DNA of 61,572 bases, counting the filler. It is 12 parts of 12 records of this genome, joined end to end, with 100 filler letters (N's around TTAATTAATTAA, not from the genome) between each part and the next. Parts side by side here need not be neighbours in the genome. Positions count along the whole stretch, not along the records: positions 56,909 to 61,572 come from SRR7504441_5099; 11 more parts are not named here. One strand, given 5' to 3'. Each line of letters opens with the position of its first letter. The stretch's first letter is position 1. The notes beneath the pieces are model-generated. The model saw nothing but the letters and a program-made list of their open reading frames with translations, made no database searches and was not told where the DNA came from. Below are positions 58,613 to 61,572 of the stretch, one piece after another. The position numbers and the translations under genes were made by a program.

Positions 58613-61116
58613 ATGGAGGCTCCGGGGTCTGAGCCGGAGGCGCCGGTGTCTCAGTTCGCCCTGCTGAACGAGCTGGCCCAAGCGGAGGGCTGGGTGCTGG
58701 ACGTCAAATCCTCCCAGAACCCCAGATTCAGCGCCAAGGCCGAGTTCGGCGGCTGCGACGGCTCGGGCTGCGGGCACTCGATCAAAGAGGCCCGGCACGC
58801 GGCGGCCGAGGAGCTGCTCCACCGACTGGGGGTCCCGCGCCAACCCAAGAAGCCGGCGGCCGCCCAGCTGCAGGAGCTCACCCAGGCTCGGGCCTCGAGC
58901 TACAGGCGGCAGAAAGCGGCGTTCGGGTCCTCCCGCTGGCTGTATCAGCTCAAGTGGACCGATACCGAGTCGCCGGCGTTCGACGCGGTGGTGACCATGG
59001 CCAATAACCTGGTCGCGCACGAGCAGGGCGATAGCGTGGGGGTGGCCAAGGACAAGGCGGCGGCTTCGGTGCTGGGCAAGATGGGCATACAGGGCCTGGC
59101 GCCATGGGCCGACCAAGTGGCAGCCCTGGTGCTCGACAAGTGGGTCCAGCTGAACAGAGCGGTCGGGGTGCAGGCGCAGGAGGTGTTTGGCAACTCGGTG
59201 GTGGCCGGGTTCGTCCAGCTCGGCCCGGGCAGCTCTGAGAGCAAGGTGGTCTCGATCGGGGCCGGAACATCGCACTCGCCCGATCTGCCGACAGAGCGGC
59301 CGGCGCGCTGCCTGTTTGACTGCCACGCCGAAGTGCTCGCCCGGCGGGGGCTGCAGCGGTACTTGCACTGGCAGGTAGAGCAGGCCCATGAGCCCGAGTG
59401 CGAGAGCATCTTCAGCCGGAGGTCGGATGGGCTGGTGCTGCAGGAAGGCATAGAGTTCCACTTCTATGTGAGCAAGGTGCCGTGCGGCGACGCAGCTATC
59501 AACCCCTCGACTGAGGGCTGCACGCCTTGTAATATGCAGCCCTCGCTTGGCGGCCGTGGGCCATCTCTCCCAAGCTCAATCCATGCCCACTGGCCTCGGT
59601 TCCAGCGGTCCACACACGGCAGACTCCGGTGCAAGATGGACACAGGCGAAGCTCTTTCAGTCCTCCCTCCGAATTACGACGATGTGGACGCTACCGAGAG
59701 ATACCGCAAGATGAGCTGCAGCGACCAGATTCTGCGATGGAACATCTTGGGCCTGCAGGGTGCTGCGCTCTCTTGGCTCTTGGCCGAGCCGATCTACATG
59801 AAGAGCCTGGTGCTTGACTCGGAGCAGGTGCTCCACTCCGACCTGTGCCGGGCCGTCTGCTGCCGCGTGAGCTGCTGGCCGGCTCAGCAAGCTCTCGAGC
59901 TGCCGCGGCCGTACAGAGTGAACCACCCAGAGCTGCTCCGATCGTGCTACAGCCATCCGCACTATCGGCCGGAGTCGGCAGGCCACAGCAAACAGAGCGG
60001 GTCGGGCGCATATGCAGCAGTCTGGAGTGCGGATGCGTCGGAGCTGGAGCTGATAGCTGACGCCACCAAGGGGACTTGTCTGAGGGTGGCCGACCTTGAG
60101 GAGAGCCAGAGTGTCAAGTGAGCTAAGCCAGCCGGCTATTTAGCTGCTGAGCGTGCCGGGGCAGGTCGAGGTTGTACCAAGCGGTCGGGCACCTGCGCTC
60201 GATGCTCTCGATTCAGACCAGGTACCTGCGACCGGATGAGCCTCATGAGCCAGAGTCGCAAGACCCCCAGAGCGAACTGTACGAAACCTGTGTCACTCTG
60301 AGAGGCGTGTCAGTTTCATCCAAAGGACCCAACAGGAAAGTATCTGAGAAGAGCGCGTGCGAAAAGATGCTTCAAAGCGTGCAGTCGTTGGCTGTGAGCA
60401 GCGTGTGTCAACATTCGCTCTTTCATTCTTTCTGTAAGCTGATTGAATCCGGTGGACTTGCTACACCAACTAGTGAATTCAATTTCAGTGTTGCAGCAGC
60501 AACTGGTGACAGTCGCTACGCATCAGCAGCTCAAAGTATGCACTCTCATTTCGAAAATAGCTGGGGACAGAAATGGTTGACACTAGATGACCTGAAGAAC
60601 ACTCTGTCAAAAGCAAGTACATCAAACCCTTCGAAGGGGATATCTCCAACTGTGTCCAGTGTGATCAACTCCCTTGGTGGTGCATCACTCGACAGGACAG
60701 AGGCAAATGAGCCACTGGCAGGAGATGCGCATGATGCTCATCCATCCATGAAAGCTCTGCAAGCCGATGCGCCCGTCTTTGTGCCCGTGCGAGCTGCTGC
60801 GGCGGATGCATCTACCCCTGTGCGATCGCAAGCTGCTGTGGTGGATGCATCTACGGGCTTATACATGCGAACAGCTTCGATGGATGCAGCTATCGCCATG
60901 CAGTCAAACTTTCCCATGTACAACCCTCTCCAGCAGGCAGGGCCCCTCCTTACGCAATCAAGTGGTGCATACGACTACTACAACACCAGCAATATGCAGG
61001 CGAACAATAATTCATACATTCAACAGAACGCGAATGTTTCTTACCCACAGCCCATGCCACAACAATACAACGAGTACGACTACTACAATACCGGTACTGG
61101 CGAATGGCTGCATTAA
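58613..61116 (+). CDS. ADAR: ADAR-like dsRNA adenosine deaminase (2 N-terminal dsRBDs, deaminase with an inserted third dsRBD, PAM2 motif, Q/N/Y-rich tail), ~818 aa
   Basis: dsRBD helix-2 signatures GHSIKEARHAAAEELL and GDSVGVAKDKAAASVL. Catalytic motifs DCHAEVLARRG (59318), PCGDA (59480) and MSCSDQILRWNILGLQGA (59711). Phase-2 GT-AG intron 60118-60164 joins ORF 60172..61116. Confidence 0.88.
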
Positions 61117-61572
61117 TCTGTCAGGCAGATGCTTTTGTCAAATCATTGATGAGCAAGGAGTATAAGCGGAGTCTTTTACTAGAATTATGATTATTAAATT
61201 AAAGTCAATATTAGTCCACATCGCAATGGAGGTGAAACTTGAACACGCTCTGTCGCAATTGATTTAATCCAAATAATTTTGGACATCGCAACACCTAGCT
61301 CTAACCTAGCTCGGAGTTTATTGCATGACATCAAATTGAATGAAGTCATCTCCTTCGTATATAAGGATACGAGGGTTGATATACTTAGATTGTATCTGTT
61401 CGTTGAAATGAACGAATGATTTGTTCAATTATGTTCATCATTTGTTATACTGCACGCTGATGCCCCAGCCCCAGAAGAATATCGCACAGGACACGCTGTA
61501 CATGTGGTCGCACCAGCAGCTTCGGCAAATTTTGCAGATTGGCATGGCAAGCAGGTTGCAGTCCCTGGTTCA

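Overview
Eukaryotic (protist-like, GC-rich, gene-dense) genomic DNA. It consists of 12 unrelated short contigs joined by artificial 100-nt N/TTAATTAATTAA linkers, so synteny is only meaningful within a contig. About 27 protein-coding genes are visible. Many are split by very short (mostly 37-50 nt) spliceosomal introns, and an unusually high share use GC donors. Recognisable products: MBF1-HTH fusion protein, chlorophyllase-like hydrolase, RNI-like LRR protein, GH28+peptidase C45 fusion, SLC10 symporter, ABHD10-like hydrolase, a giant EF-hand/SEA-like protein, a VASt-TM-DysF-PH protein, cupin-SDR, DD3-3-like protein, RECQL4-like helicase, GH78 rhamnosidase, 2OG-Fe(II) oxygenase, DJ-1/PfpI, ArfGAP, purple acid phosphatase and a double-domain sulfatase. 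Three highlights. (1) An ADAR1-type dsRNA adenosine deaminase in an apparently non-animal eukaryote, with a third dsRBD inserted inside the catalytic domain, an apparently eroded IP6 pocket and a PAM2 tail. (2) An intron-gain hotspot at 15.6-22.3 kb: five introns are built from a ~33-nt repeat with a CCTAATTAGG palindrome, in both orientations, and others carry direct or inverted copies of their own flanking exon around AT-rich filler. (3) A second related-intron pair in the sulfatase gene. All family calls and gene models come from manual motif reading; no searches were run.
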